NCBI RefSeq assembly: GCF_009834535.1
Contig: NC_045724.1
Coordinates: 18,972,001-19,036,000, forward strand
Reading direction: 5' to 3'
Length of the DNA: 64,000 nucleotides
From: Camelus ferus
Taxonomy: Eukaryota
Shown here: piece by piece, positions 1 to 10,814 of the stretch
Position numbering within the stretch: the stretch's first letter is position 1
How the letters are laid out: each line of letters starts with the position of its first letter
Notes under the pieces: generated by a model
Seen by the model: the letters and a program-made list of their open reading frames with translations, nothing else
Told to the model about the DNA's origin: nothing
Databases searched by the model: none
Translations under genes and position numbers: made by a program

Positions 1-149
1 CCCTCCCCAAAGATCTTCATCAGCATGAAAATGTTATTTCCCCCAGGTTATATCAACAAACAATCCAGCAACAACTTTCTCTTGTCCCTCTTCCCTCTCC
101 CACTGCCGCCCCCACGCCTCTCCTTCCCTCCAGCTGACTACACCTGCTC

Positions 150-640
150 TCTCTAATTTCTCTTCTCTCATCCTCTCCAGAACCTTTTCCAATGAGCTTT
201 GTCCTGTGACTCCACTGAGAAACTTACACGGTCACTCATAACCTCCACCCAGTACTAATATACCACTCAGGTCTCAGTTCAGACCTGTCAGTGGCATCCT
301 CCCTTTCACTCCCTCCTCCCTGGAAATACTTTCTTCCCTTGGTTTTCAGGAGACAACTCTCTGGTTTTCTTCTTACTGCACTGGCTTTCTTTTCATGCTC
401 TTGACTCTAAATGCTGGCGGGTCCCAGTGTTCAGCCTGTGGATGCGTCTCTTCCCTCCGCGCTCACTCCCTTAGTGATCTCACCTGGTCCCATGGCCCTG
501 AAGACCCTCTATGCTGATGACTTCTACTTTAATCTTCCTGTTTAGACCTCTCTGCTGAACTGCAGAATCAACTGCCTTCTCTCAAGCTTCTTCCCTATCC
601 CATCTCTGACCTCTCTCCCTCCTTAATTGGCCAAGGCATT
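150..640 (+). mobile_element. L2 LINE fragment (decayed ORF2 3' part), in ADHFE1 intron 1
   Basis: Pyrimidine-rich L2-like text with a remnant RT YADD motif (tatgctgatgac, ~509-520) and a GVPQ-like remnant (ggtcccagtg). Boundaries approximate. Confidence 0.7.
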
Positions 641-774
641 CTTTTTCCCACGAGGCATCTTAAAGTATGTGTTTCACAGTGAGGACTACTGCTTCAATAG
701 CTTTCGAATATCTATAGGACACAATTAAAATTCCTTAGTATAACAAGGACTATGAAGCCGGAGTATCTGAGTTC

Positions 775-960
775 AAATGATGGATGTGCCATTTGCTTAG
801 TGTATGACACTGGGCAAATTATTTTTCTCCATGACTTTATTTCTTTACCTGTAATATGATGATAATACAGTATTGCATAGGGTTGTTGTAAGGATTAGAA
901 CATGTAAAGTGTGTAGGACAGTGCCTGGCACATGGTAAGTGCATGGTAAATGTTAGCTGT
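775..960 (+). mobile_element. MIR SINE
   Basis: MIR core-like text (ctgggcaaattattt...acctgtaa...gataata...gggttgttgtaaggatta) followed by the gtgcctggcacatggtaag tail. Confidence 0.75.
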
Positions 961-1619
961 TATCTAATTCATGGCCTTTCACCATCTGTCTTCTATCTTC
1001 ACCTTCTCATGTGAAGGTAAGTCCAGACTTTAACTACTTTTAGATCCTGGAACTGCGACTTTTGCCTCTGGTGCTGCTTTTCCTTTTTGCCTAAAATTCC
1101 TCTCTAGTCTCCCTCCTTTCTCCCTCTTTAGCTCCACCTTGTAGTACATTCCCACCCCCCACCCCCATGTTTTCCCAGGCCGACTTGTGCACCTGCACAT
1201 TCAACAGGCATTTAACAGGCAGCTACTACGTACCTGGCATTTTTGGAGGGGAAGTCAGACGTGTCATAATGTTTATTTTAATACCGTGACTCCCGTACGT
1301 GCCAGGGGCGTCAAGCTCTTGGTGATTTCTCACATCCATCTCTCTTCTACACCCTCTGTCCGTTCTGTTCTGCACAGGCCCATTTTGCCCTGTCCCCTCA
1401 TGCAATTCCCGTTAGACTGTAAACTGCTCCAGTCCTTCGTCTTTGTATCCCCAGCACCAAGAATAGTTTTAGTCACATTACGTACAGCCAATAGGTATAT
1501 GCTGATCGGATACATGCATTTGTTTTGGTCACTGTGCCAGGCTCTCCACTGCCTGCTTCGATCTGGGACTAAGCAGCCTCCTCTCTGGGCCTTAGTTTTC
1601 TCAACCGGAGAACATGCAG

Positions 1620-2140
1620 AGTAAAAGCGGCCTCACCGCGCAGCGCTTGGCTGCTTGGCACACGGACAGCGCCGGCCCGGCTCGCGCGCAGCGGACGCGC
1701 CCTGCGGCACCCCGTCCCCGAGATCTTGAAAGTGACCGGAGGAAGAATGCGCGGGGCCTGGGCGGGTCGCTCCCCGCGGGCTGCGTGGGCACGGCGGCAC
1801 CCTCCGGTCCCCTGCCTGCCCGCCCGCCCGCCCGCCCGGCCGACCCCGCACTCACGCTGCGCGCTCCAGTTGCCTCAGCAAGTGCGCTACCCGGGCGCGA
1901 GCGGCAGCGGCCATGGCTGCGCGTGGTGTCCTCCTCGCGGCCCCGCCCCCGCCGCCGGCCAATCCCGGCCGCCGCCTCCCGCCCCGCCCCCCCGCCCGTG
2001 CCCGCCCCCCGGCTCCGTGGGGTCACCCGCCCCCGCTTCGGCCCCCCTGGCTCCGGACAGTTTCCCTACGGTCAAAACTACGACTTACCCGGTGCAAAGT
2101 CTCACCGTCCACCTTCGAAATTGCCGTGAAGGAAACTGCT
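1620..2140 (-). promoter_or_regulatory. ADHFE1: CpG island/promoter of ADHFE1 with GC boxes and a CCAAT box
   Basis: Very GC- and CpG-rich segment around the ADHFE1 ATG; CCCCGCCCC (Sp1-type) boxes at ~1941-1950 and ~1982-1991; CCAAT at ~1959-1963. Confidence 0.8.
1856..1914 (-). CDS. ADHFE1: ADHFE1 (hydroxyacid-oxoacid transhydrogenase, mitochondrial) coding exon 1; remaining exons lie left of the window
   Basis: The minus strand reads ATG GCC GCT GCC GCT CGC GCC CGG GTA GCG CAC TTG CTG AGG CAA CTG GAG CGC GCA GC, i.e. MAAAARARVAHLLRQLERA. This matches the recalled human N-terminus MAAAARARVAYLLRQLQRAA. A consensus donor GTGAGT follows (1855-1850). The position directly downstream of RRS1 on the same strand matches human synteny. 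Confidence 0.92.
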
Positions 2141-2434
2141 CCGTAGGGTTTTGAGTACAGGTCTCTGTTTAAAACCCTCTACTTCTCATGTCGGGGACGT
2201 GGGGAAAGGGAGAAACTGGGGCATTCTTTTTCCACTCTAACTTCTTTAAAATGCTATTTTGCCTTTTCAGAGTATTTTCAGAATAAATTAAGACAGTGTA
2301 TTTAACTTTATGTTAATAGTAAACAAGAACCTTGCAAAAAGCCCGAGGATACTTTTTCTTTTTACAAGGCCAGTGCTGTGTCCAATGTTAAATCAATTCA
2401 CAAAACCAAAGGCAGAAAAATTCCCAAACAAAAT

Positions 2435-2469
<35 letters not shown>

Positions 2470-2470
2470 C
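2435..2470. repeat. (AAC)12 microsatellite
   Basis: Perfect 36-bp trinucleotide run. Confidence 0.97.
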
Positions 2471-3462
2471 CCTGGATAGTTGACAACTTAAAAGGTGTTA
2501 AATGCTTTACGAATGGCTTGGCTTTTAATGAAGTTGTTCAGGATACCATTAAATGGTTTCATCAGTAGTTAATACTTTCCATGGTTACAAGGGGACCCGG
2601 GGGACTGGCGTCAAGTGCCCCATGTCCCATGGAAACGCTGATCAATGATGGCAAAATTCAACTTTATCAGAAAGTATTTTCAGACAGTAACAAATGAACA
2701 TTTGCGTTTTTAGTAACCTATTATGAAATCTGAATTAATCTTCTTTCATAGCAGTTTCTAAAAATATAAAAATGAGACAATACTGAAAAAAAAAAGGAAG
2801 ACAAAATGAACTCCCAATTTTAATTTCCTATCAATTGTCAGACCGAAAAGCAAGAGTAGAGTGGCTCCCCAGAGTATAGCAGCAGCAAACCCTCACCCCC
2901 TCCATGTACTATGAACCCTCTTCAGGAGACAGTTATTTTAACAAAGATGAGTTACTGAAATCAATTAGGGAAGGAGACTCAGGATAGTTGTAGACATTTC
3001 ACCTCCTAATCAAACTAGCTCAGGTCAATTTGACAAATGTATCATGTGGGTTTCTTTCTTCCCCAAACAGACCCTACTTGAAGCTTTAAAAAACTGGGGA
3101 CATAAGTGTTGATAAAGATTTAATTTAAGTATAAAAATTAGGATTAATGAGAGATGATTACCATTATTTAGCAAAGCCCCAAATCACCATGTACAGTAAA
3201 TTAATGTTTTCAGTGTTGAAAAGCATTAAATCTTTTTTGAAAGAGACACCAGTTGTACTACACTTCCAGTATTTTATCTGATACCCAAACAAGTATGAGT
3301 TTGTCTAATAAAAGTGGTCTCGCTGAAAACAAAATTTAGCTGCTACGTGTTTTTTAGAAAGTAAATGAAAATAATCTGTACCAGATATCCAGGTCACCGG
3401 CTTTACTTAAGATTTGTACCAAGAGCCAAAAAGTTAAAAGCAACATTAGATACAGACAAACT

Positions 3463-3468
3463 TTTATT
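3463..3468 (-). terminator. RRS1: Probable RRS1 polyadenylation signal AATAAA
   Basis: TTTATT on the plus strand ~430 bp past the RRS1 stop, with a U/GU-rich downstream element on the minus strand (TTGCTTTTAACTTTTTGG). Implies an mRNA of ~1.6 kb. Confidence 0.65.
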
Positions 3469-3893
3469 AAATAACCTTTACAACAGTTCTGCAAATGTAA
3501 TCTTTCTGTTCCCCTCTTTGATACAGAAGTTTACCAAAATAATGCAAAAATCAATCTAAGTCTCTGAAATATGACCAGCTCCCCCTCACACCACTCCAAA
3601 GTTTAAAAGAAAAAATTGGTTGTTTAAAAAACAGAACTCACTCCAGCTTCCACCTAATTCTTATGCCCTTAAATACAGCCTTTAATTTCCAGCCCAAGTT
3701 TGGTTGTGGGAAATACATTAATGTGTCGAGTTCAGTATTTACATACTATCTTGAGAGGAAGGCAGTCCTGTCCCTTCAATCTCAAGCCAATGAAGGCAGC
3801 GGCCACATCTTCCGCATCCCCTTACAGTACCTAGAGCTTAGTAACAGTTCTTAGTACAGTTCTCGGTTTTACAAGCGGGTCCAAGGGTGAAAT

Positions 3894-4992
3894 TTACTTC
3901 CTCCTCTTTCCTCCGTGGTGTTGCCCTCCTTTTCTCCTGCCACCCAAGCCAGGCGGCGCGGAATTCATCTTGCCTCCCAAGCCACCTTTCCTCTTCCCTC
4001 CCTGGCTGGGCGGGCCCCCTTTCCTCTTACCCCCAGGACCCTGTCGGCCTCCCTTTCTCTTGCCCTTCTGACTCATTTTCCTCCTTTTCGCCGCCTCTTC
4101 CTGGTCCTCCTCCCTCATCTGCTTATTGGTGGCCCTCGTCACGTCCATTTGAGGCTTTTTGCTGTTCATCACTCGCAGCATTTCCAGCTGGCTCTTTTTC
4201 TCGGCAGCAAAGTCCCCGAAAAGCGGGCTGAAACTTCCTCTTCTTGCCGGAGCCCCGGGGCGCCTTCTCCTTGGGCAGGCGCTCCTGGAAGCGTCCCACA
4301 GAGGCGGTGGAGACCCTGGCCACCTGCATGGCGCGGCCCAGCTCCTCCTTACTCTGGTGTCCGGTGGGGTGCATGCCGGTCGCGCTGGGCAGCTGTATCT
4401 TGTGTGCGCGGGCCAGGTTACGCAGCCGGTTCAGCTCGTTCTTAGCCACCCGTTCCTTCTTAGCCTGAATCCGCTTGGCGAACTGGTCCTCCATGGGGTC
4501 AGCACTGCCGGGCACCTCGATCAACCATTCCTTGGTGTCGTCGCGGGCGCGCTGGTAGCCCCAGCGGCGGCGCCACTGGCCGCTCACCTCATCCCACACC
4601 AGATTGGTCTTCTTCTTGGGACGGATGCCCTTAAGGCGCGCAAACTGCTGCCAGCGTGTGAGCGGCCGCGGCCGGGGCACCGGCTTCTCGCGCGGCAGAC
4701 GAGTGGTGGGCTCCGGCAGCCGCGCCACCAGCGCCTCCTCCACGCGCTCGGTGGGCAGCTGCCACAGCTGGTTGATGAGCAGCTGCGTGTTGTCCCGCGC
4801 CAGGGCCCGCAGCTCGGCCTCCTGCGTGGGTCCCGCGTGCCGCAGCCCTGTCGGGGGGTTCCGGTCCAAGGCCAGCAGGTTACCCAGGTCGAACTCGAGC
4901 TCCAGCTCCTTGTGCACCGTGATGCGCTGCAGCTTCTCTGCTTCGTCTCGCTCCGCCTTTGCCAGCAGCTCCTCCACGTTCTGGCCCTCCAT
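3894..4992 (-). CDS. RRS1: RRS1, ribosome biogenesis regulatory protein homolog; intronless, with a 1-bp insertion frameshift at ~4224-4227 in this sequence
   Basis: ORF 4123..5010 gives MEGQNVEELLAKAE...RWGYQRARDD...KKRKFQP; ORF 3894..4181 gives the C-terminus LRVMNSKKPQ...GGKRRK. Both match recalled mammalian RRS1. The ATG at 4992 has a strong Kozak context (GCCATGG). The span is 1099 nt = 365 codons + stop + 1 extra base. Confidence 0.97.
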
Positions 4993-4994
4993 GG

Positions 4995-5690
4995 CTCCGG
5001 CCCGGCTCACTCGCTCCGGGAGACACTTTCAATTACTTCTCTGCCAGCGCCAGCTCAAACCCGGCAATACAACCACGTGCGGCCACCCAGACGCTCGTCC
5101 CGGAAGAGAAAGCTTCCCTTCCGGAGCACCCGGAAGGGGCTCACAATGCGGGCGACCCGAGGAGAGGCCGGCAGAGGGCGGTGTTGGAGAGCAGATGGGA
5201 TTAGAGGCGGCCCGCTTTGGCCCCGGCCTCGGTGTAGGCGGAGCAGGAAAGGAGCCCCGACTACAAATTCCAGGATGCAGCAGCGTAAGGAAGCGGCCCG
5301 AGCTTTCGGGGGCCGCAGATTCAGGGTGAGGGTCCCACTGTGACTGTGTTACAGTTTTAGTGTAAGTCGGTTCCCACGATGTTTAGCTAATCAGCTCGTC
5401 TTGGGACTAGACACTGTATTTCACCAGAGCCCTGACACGTTCATGGGGGTCCTTGGTGTGGCCCGAGAAGGACCCTTCCCACAGATAGGCCTAAAGCCGA
5501 GTGTGGAGGAAGACCTGGTTTGCTTCGAAGCGAGCGGGCCTGGCAGTTAGAACGCCCCGGGTGGGCGCGGTGGTGGGCGCATTCCAGCAAGCTGATGTCT
5601 GGTGGCTCAGAGCCCCGCGGCCTCACCCTCTCAGGGCTTGTGGCGAAAGAGCGCGGGGCTCTGCAGTTAGACTGCCTGGGTTGCAACCTT
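4995..5690. promoter_or_regulatory. RRS1: RRS1 CpG-island promoter, likely bidirectional
   Basis: CpG-rich. E-box CACGTG at 5074-5079; ETS CCGGAAG at 5100-5106 and 5130-5136, TTCCGG at 5119-5124; ZNF143/THAP11-type GACTACAAATTCCAGGATGCA at 5259-5279. Confidence 0.8.
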
Positions 5691-5880
5691 GACTGTGCTA
5701 GTGTGTGACCTTCCTCTGTTTAACTTCTCTGGGCCTATTTTAAAACCTGTAAGATGAGGATACTAATAGTATCTATCTCTTGGGGCTGTTATAAAGGTAA
5801 ATGAGTTAATACGCTCCCAAGGGAGCTTATCCTGGGGTCTGGAGCATATCGTGTTCAATAAATGTGAGCTAAATACCAAT
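5670..5880 (+). mobile_element. MIR SINE
   Basis: gtgtgacc...taacttctctgggcct...acctgtaagatgaggatactaatagta...aaatgagttaata matches the MIR core. Confidence 0.75.
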
Positions 5881-6224
5881 TATTATTTAATCTTCATAAT
5901 GCCTCTGCTGAAGAGGTTAAACACCAGGTTCTTGAATCAAAGTACCTAGAATAAGATCTAGGTTTATTGTACCTGTGTCGGACAGGTTGTTTAACCTAAG
6001 TCCTATTCATAAGTTGATAAATGTGAAGCATTAGTTTCTGGTAAATAGTAAGCAGTTAGTAAGTGTAAGGTGTTGTTTTTCTCCATGTTCCACTGATGAC
6101 AAAGGAAGGCTCAGAGGGGTAAAATGGCTTGTCCAAGTTTATACAACTAGGAAATACGGGAGCAGGAGGTATCTTAACTCTGGCTTTAAGACAGCATACA
6201 TATTCTCTGCAGTGTGTCCAGGCT

Positions 6225-6385
6225 CTTGATACTCGAAAAGTGTGGTTTGTTGATCAGCCGCATAGCATCACCTGGGGGCTCGTTAGAAATGCAGAATCAC
6301 TGGCCTCACCGCAGATGTCATGATTCAGAACCTTCATTTTAACTAAGTGATAAGTGTGTACATTCAAGTTTGGGAGGCACTGCTA
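6225..6385 (+). mobile_element. MER5A-like hAT-Charlie MITE
   Basis: agcatcacctgggggctcgttagaaatgcagaatc...cattcaagtttgggaggcactgc matches the recalled MER5A consensus. Confidence 0.8.
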
Positions 6386-6483
6386 ATTGTGTGGTTTACA
6401 GGTTTTGTTTTCCTTTAATGGGATGTTGGGAGGAGTGAAGAAGGGGTAGCTGGAGATTTCACCCATAGAAATGGACATAGTAG

Positions 6484-6535
6484 AATTTGACACAACATTG
6501 TAAAATCATTACAAATCAATAAAAAAAAAAAAAAA
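6484..6535 (+). mobile_element. Extremely 5'-truncated L1 3' end with poly(A) and 17-bp TSD
   Basis: gacacaacattgtaaaatc...aataaaa plus an A-tail; flanked by AGAAATGGACATAGTAG (6467-6483) and AGAAATGGACGTAGTAG (6536-6552). Confidence 0.85.
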
Positions 6536-7068
6536 AGAAATGGACGTAGTAGCTGTAAGGAAATAGATTTGAGTTTCAGCCAGAGAGGGCTTTACATACA
6601 GCCCCATCTATGACACCTGCCCCAAGTTTGTTCTCTTTTGGAGCTGCTACCTTTCCTCAGCTCTGCATTTGTTCATTCACTCATCGGACATATAGTGAGC
6701 ACATTTTATGGGTCAGGCATTGTGCTATAATATTCTTTCTTCATTTAAAAAAAAAGCATTTTAGGATTTGCTGGGTTTTTTCTGAGCCTTTGCCTTAACA
6801 CTCAGCACTAAGTCTTTAATACCAGTTATCCCATGGGGCCAAGGCTAGGTCAAAGGTCATATTAGGTAACTGCTTAGAACCTTAACTGCTTTTGGGATTT
6901 GCTGTAGGAGACCGTTAAGTTCATTGGTAAGGCTGCTCTGGGCTTGGCTTAGCTTCTGATTTATTCATTCATTTAATGAACATTTGAATCACTACCATGT
7001 TCCAGACATTATTGAGACCTTATGGAACAGTGGAGAAGAAAGAAAGGTTAAGAGAAATTTACGATTTG

Positions 7069-7123
7069 TCAATCCATGTGGTACACAACATTAACAAATT
7101 AAAGAATAAAAACCATATGATCA
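7069..7123 (+). mobile_element. Isolated internal L1 ORF2 fragment
   Basis: Translates to SIHVVHNINKLKNKNHMI, resembling the L1 ORF2 segment SINVIHHINKLKNKNHMIIS upstream of the RT core. Confidence 0.8.
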
Positions 7124-10084
7124 CAGTTGGGCCTTAAATAGGAAGTACAACGAGGTAGGATTTAGCTCCTCTCTCAGTCTTCTGAGTTAGGGGGGAAAAA
7201 GCAGATGTTGCTAGGTGTTGAGTAGTATGAATTTTCACTGGATGAAATGCTATTTGGTTTGATTCATATAGGTCAGCTCTTAACTTTGTTTTATGTTCAA
7301 CTTTTTTAATAATCCAAGTCGATTTTAATTTCCTTGATGACTGGAGACTGACTTCTTATTTCCACTTTGCTGCGCATAGGGCTGAATACATAATAGGTGT
7401 TCAATACATGATTGCTTTAAAGAATAAGCCTAATACATAGACTTTTCTAAATTACAAAGGGATTAGTCTTGGCTGTTAGATTCAAGGTGAGCAAAACTGG
7501 TAAGACTGGGATTTGGGGCTTTAAAAAATATCTTATTGAGGCAAGTAGCTATGTCGTGATCTCCAGCTTGCATTTGCATCATCGTTATGTTAGACAAGAC
7601 TGTGCAGTGTTAAGTAAAAGAAAGCGTAGCAGGGATGTGCAGGTATATGTGAATATACTTTCATGGTATAGGAAAGGGTCGTACATAGTCTTTTCTGCTG
7701 GATCCTGCATTCACTTAGATTTACTTTCTAAACACTTCTCAGTTGCCCCTTTTTGGTAGCGGAAATTGTTAGGGATGATTCAACCATTCTTTATGTTCCC
7801 GCTGTGAACATAGTTATTTTGAGTATTTTTGTCTAGAAAATTCAATGTTCCAGTAATTTGATAAAATAGCAGAGAAGGGCCCTTAAAATGCTTACATTAT
7901 TTCCACATGGTTAATTTTTACTGATTTATAATTTAACTTGGAAGTACTTAAAGGGAAAATTTAATTTTGAAAATTTCTTTATCCTGAACAAAATGCTTGT
8001 GTAATCACATGCTTCAGTTTAGTCAGAAACTGATACACAAAATCTATTTTGTTGTTTTTAAAAGGAAGAAGATATAGCTTAAGGTTTTGTGTAGTTAGTG
8101 TAGAAGCAGATAGAATAACTACCAAACATTCTACATTTGCCTAAAAGGAACTTTGGAGTTTAGGATAGGAAAAATGATGATAGCATTTTAGAGTTGATTT
8201 AAGTTGTTTTGTTCTCTGTAAAATACACAGCAGCTTTTGTTTTAGAGAACTGCATTTGCCAAAATTTTATCATCACTTGTAAGACGTGTAAGCACCACTG
8301 GCTGATGGTTTTCATTCATAGGATTTCGTCACCACAGCCCAAGGGAATGAGATTGGTGTTAGGCTTTAGATTTTACTTCTATAAAGAGTGCAACATAAGA
8401 ATGAAAGTTTGATATAAAAAGGAAAACTGAAGTTCCAGAATTTTAGGGATATTTGCACTTAAAGAATCCAATAACAGAACATTTAGATACATTTATTAAA
8501 CTATCATTTTCTATTATATTTTCACTTATGAAAATAAAATTGCAATCAGTAAGGAATCTTTCTGTTTTTAAATCAATAAAATTTGAACGTTTTTGTAAAT
8601 AATGAGAGTAGATTTATTCCAGATTAGTCAGCTGAGCTCTAAATTCCTTTCTCCTGAAGAAAGCACTTGCATTGCCAATTTGTCTTTGCAATCCTAGACC
8701 CTGTGTGAACACATATTGATCCGCCCATCAAATTTTTCTTCTAAATTTCCTGCATGAGCAGTATCAAGAATGCACAGGGAAGTTATTCCTATGCCAAGCA
8801 GACATTAATTCTTGGCTCCTCTTAACCAAAAAATTGTTCCTCAACATTATTAACCCATTATTTTTAGAACGTATCTGTGAAAAATGAAAACAGACAGAAA
8901 AACTAAAAAGTATGACCAAATACATGATAAATTCTGTAGCCTACACTTCTCTTTTTCTAGGTGTCTTTGTTTGCCAAAGGAAGACAGCAAAGGAAAGAGA
9001 CTCTTAATGGCAAGTAAGTGTGTCACTGCATCCTTGTCAGTATCCCAAGAGTGCACTGCGGACTCATCTGGCTCCCTGAGCACTTGGTAACGCAGAAGAT
9101 CCAGTTGCTTGTGGTGTGTGTACTCTTCCCCAAGGCCTAACTAGGACTTACAATTTAGAATGTATAAATAATGTTCCTGGCATTTTCCAGTATTTATTTC
9201 AATTGCCTTATTATCCAAGACAGTTTGAATTTCAGATGCGGAAGCTGCCTTCTTGTGGTGGGTCCCGGATTCCCTTCTCTGGAAAGCCTGTGGCTTTCAA
9301 AGGAGATGTAGTTTAGGTTTCAGGCTTCAGTTTATTCATCTGGAAAATGAAGATTTTTAACTGGGTGGCCTTTACAATTCATCTCTATGATCCTTTTGAT
9401 AAAAAGCTATGCTCTTCTTCAGATGTTCCAATATTAACTTCTTATAAAGTGCTTTCTCTCCTGATTGTTGATTAAAGTTTTTGACTGATACATCCACTTT
9501 ACAAACCTCCCCCTCTTCCTGAGTCATTTATCTCATTTCCTAGGCTGTTGTATGACTCTACATAGTGAGACAGCTTCCTGTGTTCACAAGGAGACCGTGA
9601 CTACTCAAGTGCTAATCAGGTTTTAATAACGTGGAGGATGATTGTTGTTTCCTAAGTTATTCATGATGCTTTTCTCTTTTCTTTTCTTTTTTTCCCTTAC
9701 TGTTAAAATTCTTTGAGCATTGAAAGGTAGGGTAGAGAATGAGCAGAGTATAGTCCATTTTACTATTTGTTGGTTATTCTGGAAAAGTATCTCATAGGGA
9801 AGAAGAATAGAAGATATGTTCTAAAGATATTTGTAAAAATATTTATATTTATAAAGTCAAGTCTGGGAATGAAAGATGAGGGTGGACTGGCTTTATCTGT
9901 ATCTTTCCCGGCCCAAGATCTAGGACTGATGATGTTCTTTGATTATTACAATTATAGAAAAGTTTTAAAGAAAGCTTCAGAGTTAACTCCCTCAGATAAT
10001 AAAATTGGGGCAGTTTTGTTTCATAGTTTGGTGTTGCTTCAGAGAAAGCTAGTCAGAGAATTTCAATATAAGGAGGGTAAAGTA

Positions 10085-10399
10085 CAGGCATACCTCAGAG
10101 AGATTGCAGGTTCAATTCCAGACACCCCAATAAAGTGAATATTGCAATGAAACAAGTCACATGAATCTTTTGGTATCCCAGTGCATGTAAAAGTTATGTT
10201 TACATGACAGTGTAGTCTGTTAAGTGTGCAAATAGCATTATGCCTAAAAAGACAATGTACATACCTTAACTAAGAACACTTTATTGGTAAAAATTGCTAG
10301 CCATCATCTGATAGTGCAGGGTTGCCACAAACCTTTCAATTGGTTAAAAAAAAAAAAAAAGGCAATATCTGTAAAGCACAATAAAACAAGGTATTCCTG
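10085..10399 (+). mobile_element. Tigger1 internal-deletion derivative (TcMar-Tigger DNA transposon)
   Basis: Starts TA|CAGGCATACCTC and ends aaaacaaggtattcctg (inverted terminal repeat). The interior matches both Tigger1 termini joined together. Confidence 0.9.
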
Positions 10400-10814
10400 T
10401 GGAATAAAGTGCAACAACATTGCTGGTTTGTTTAGTAATTATCATTCTGAGCATGAGTCTTGGCGATTTCTGGCCCGATCGCTTGAGGACAAATTCCTCA
10501 AGGGATCACCAGCCCATGTGAAAAATGGGATAACATTATTTCTTGGTTTTAGAGTTCTCTGAGTGGGAGTTGTTATTCAAACATACTTTTGCAAAGAACC
10601 CTTGAGGGGTAGTCCGGAGACAGGTTCTGGCTCCATCTCTGACACTCCATAGTTGTGGGTGCTTTAGTAAGTCACTTCACCCTTCCCTGTCAGTTTCCTT
10701 GTCTATGAAGTAAGCTTCACTAGTTTCTGTCCACGCTGCTTCTAGCTCTGTGTAGCATTCTACTTTTGTTAAGAGACCTCAACAGAAAAGAGCAGGTGAT
10801 GGGGAGACATGGAC

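Noticed and set aside
1601-2154. Several overlapping Pro/Arg/Ala-rich ORFs of 60-170 aa
   Set aside because: Expected from stop-codon scarcity in a CpG island. The real coding piece is the 59-bp ADHFE1 exon.
4215-4235. Programmed +1 frameshifting at CCC-G in RRS1
   Set aside because: Orthologs as recalled are continuous ORFs and no stimulatory element is evident. An assembly error is far more parsimonious.
4993-5010. N-terminal extension MSRAGA of RRS1 in the ORF track
   Set aside because: It starts at GTG. The ATG at 4992 has a strong Kozak context and matches orthologs.
4159-5343. 394-aa plus-strand ORF (also 4604..5329 and 3915..4445)
   Set aside because: Antisense shadows of the GC-rich RRS1 CDS and CpG island; no recognisable protein.
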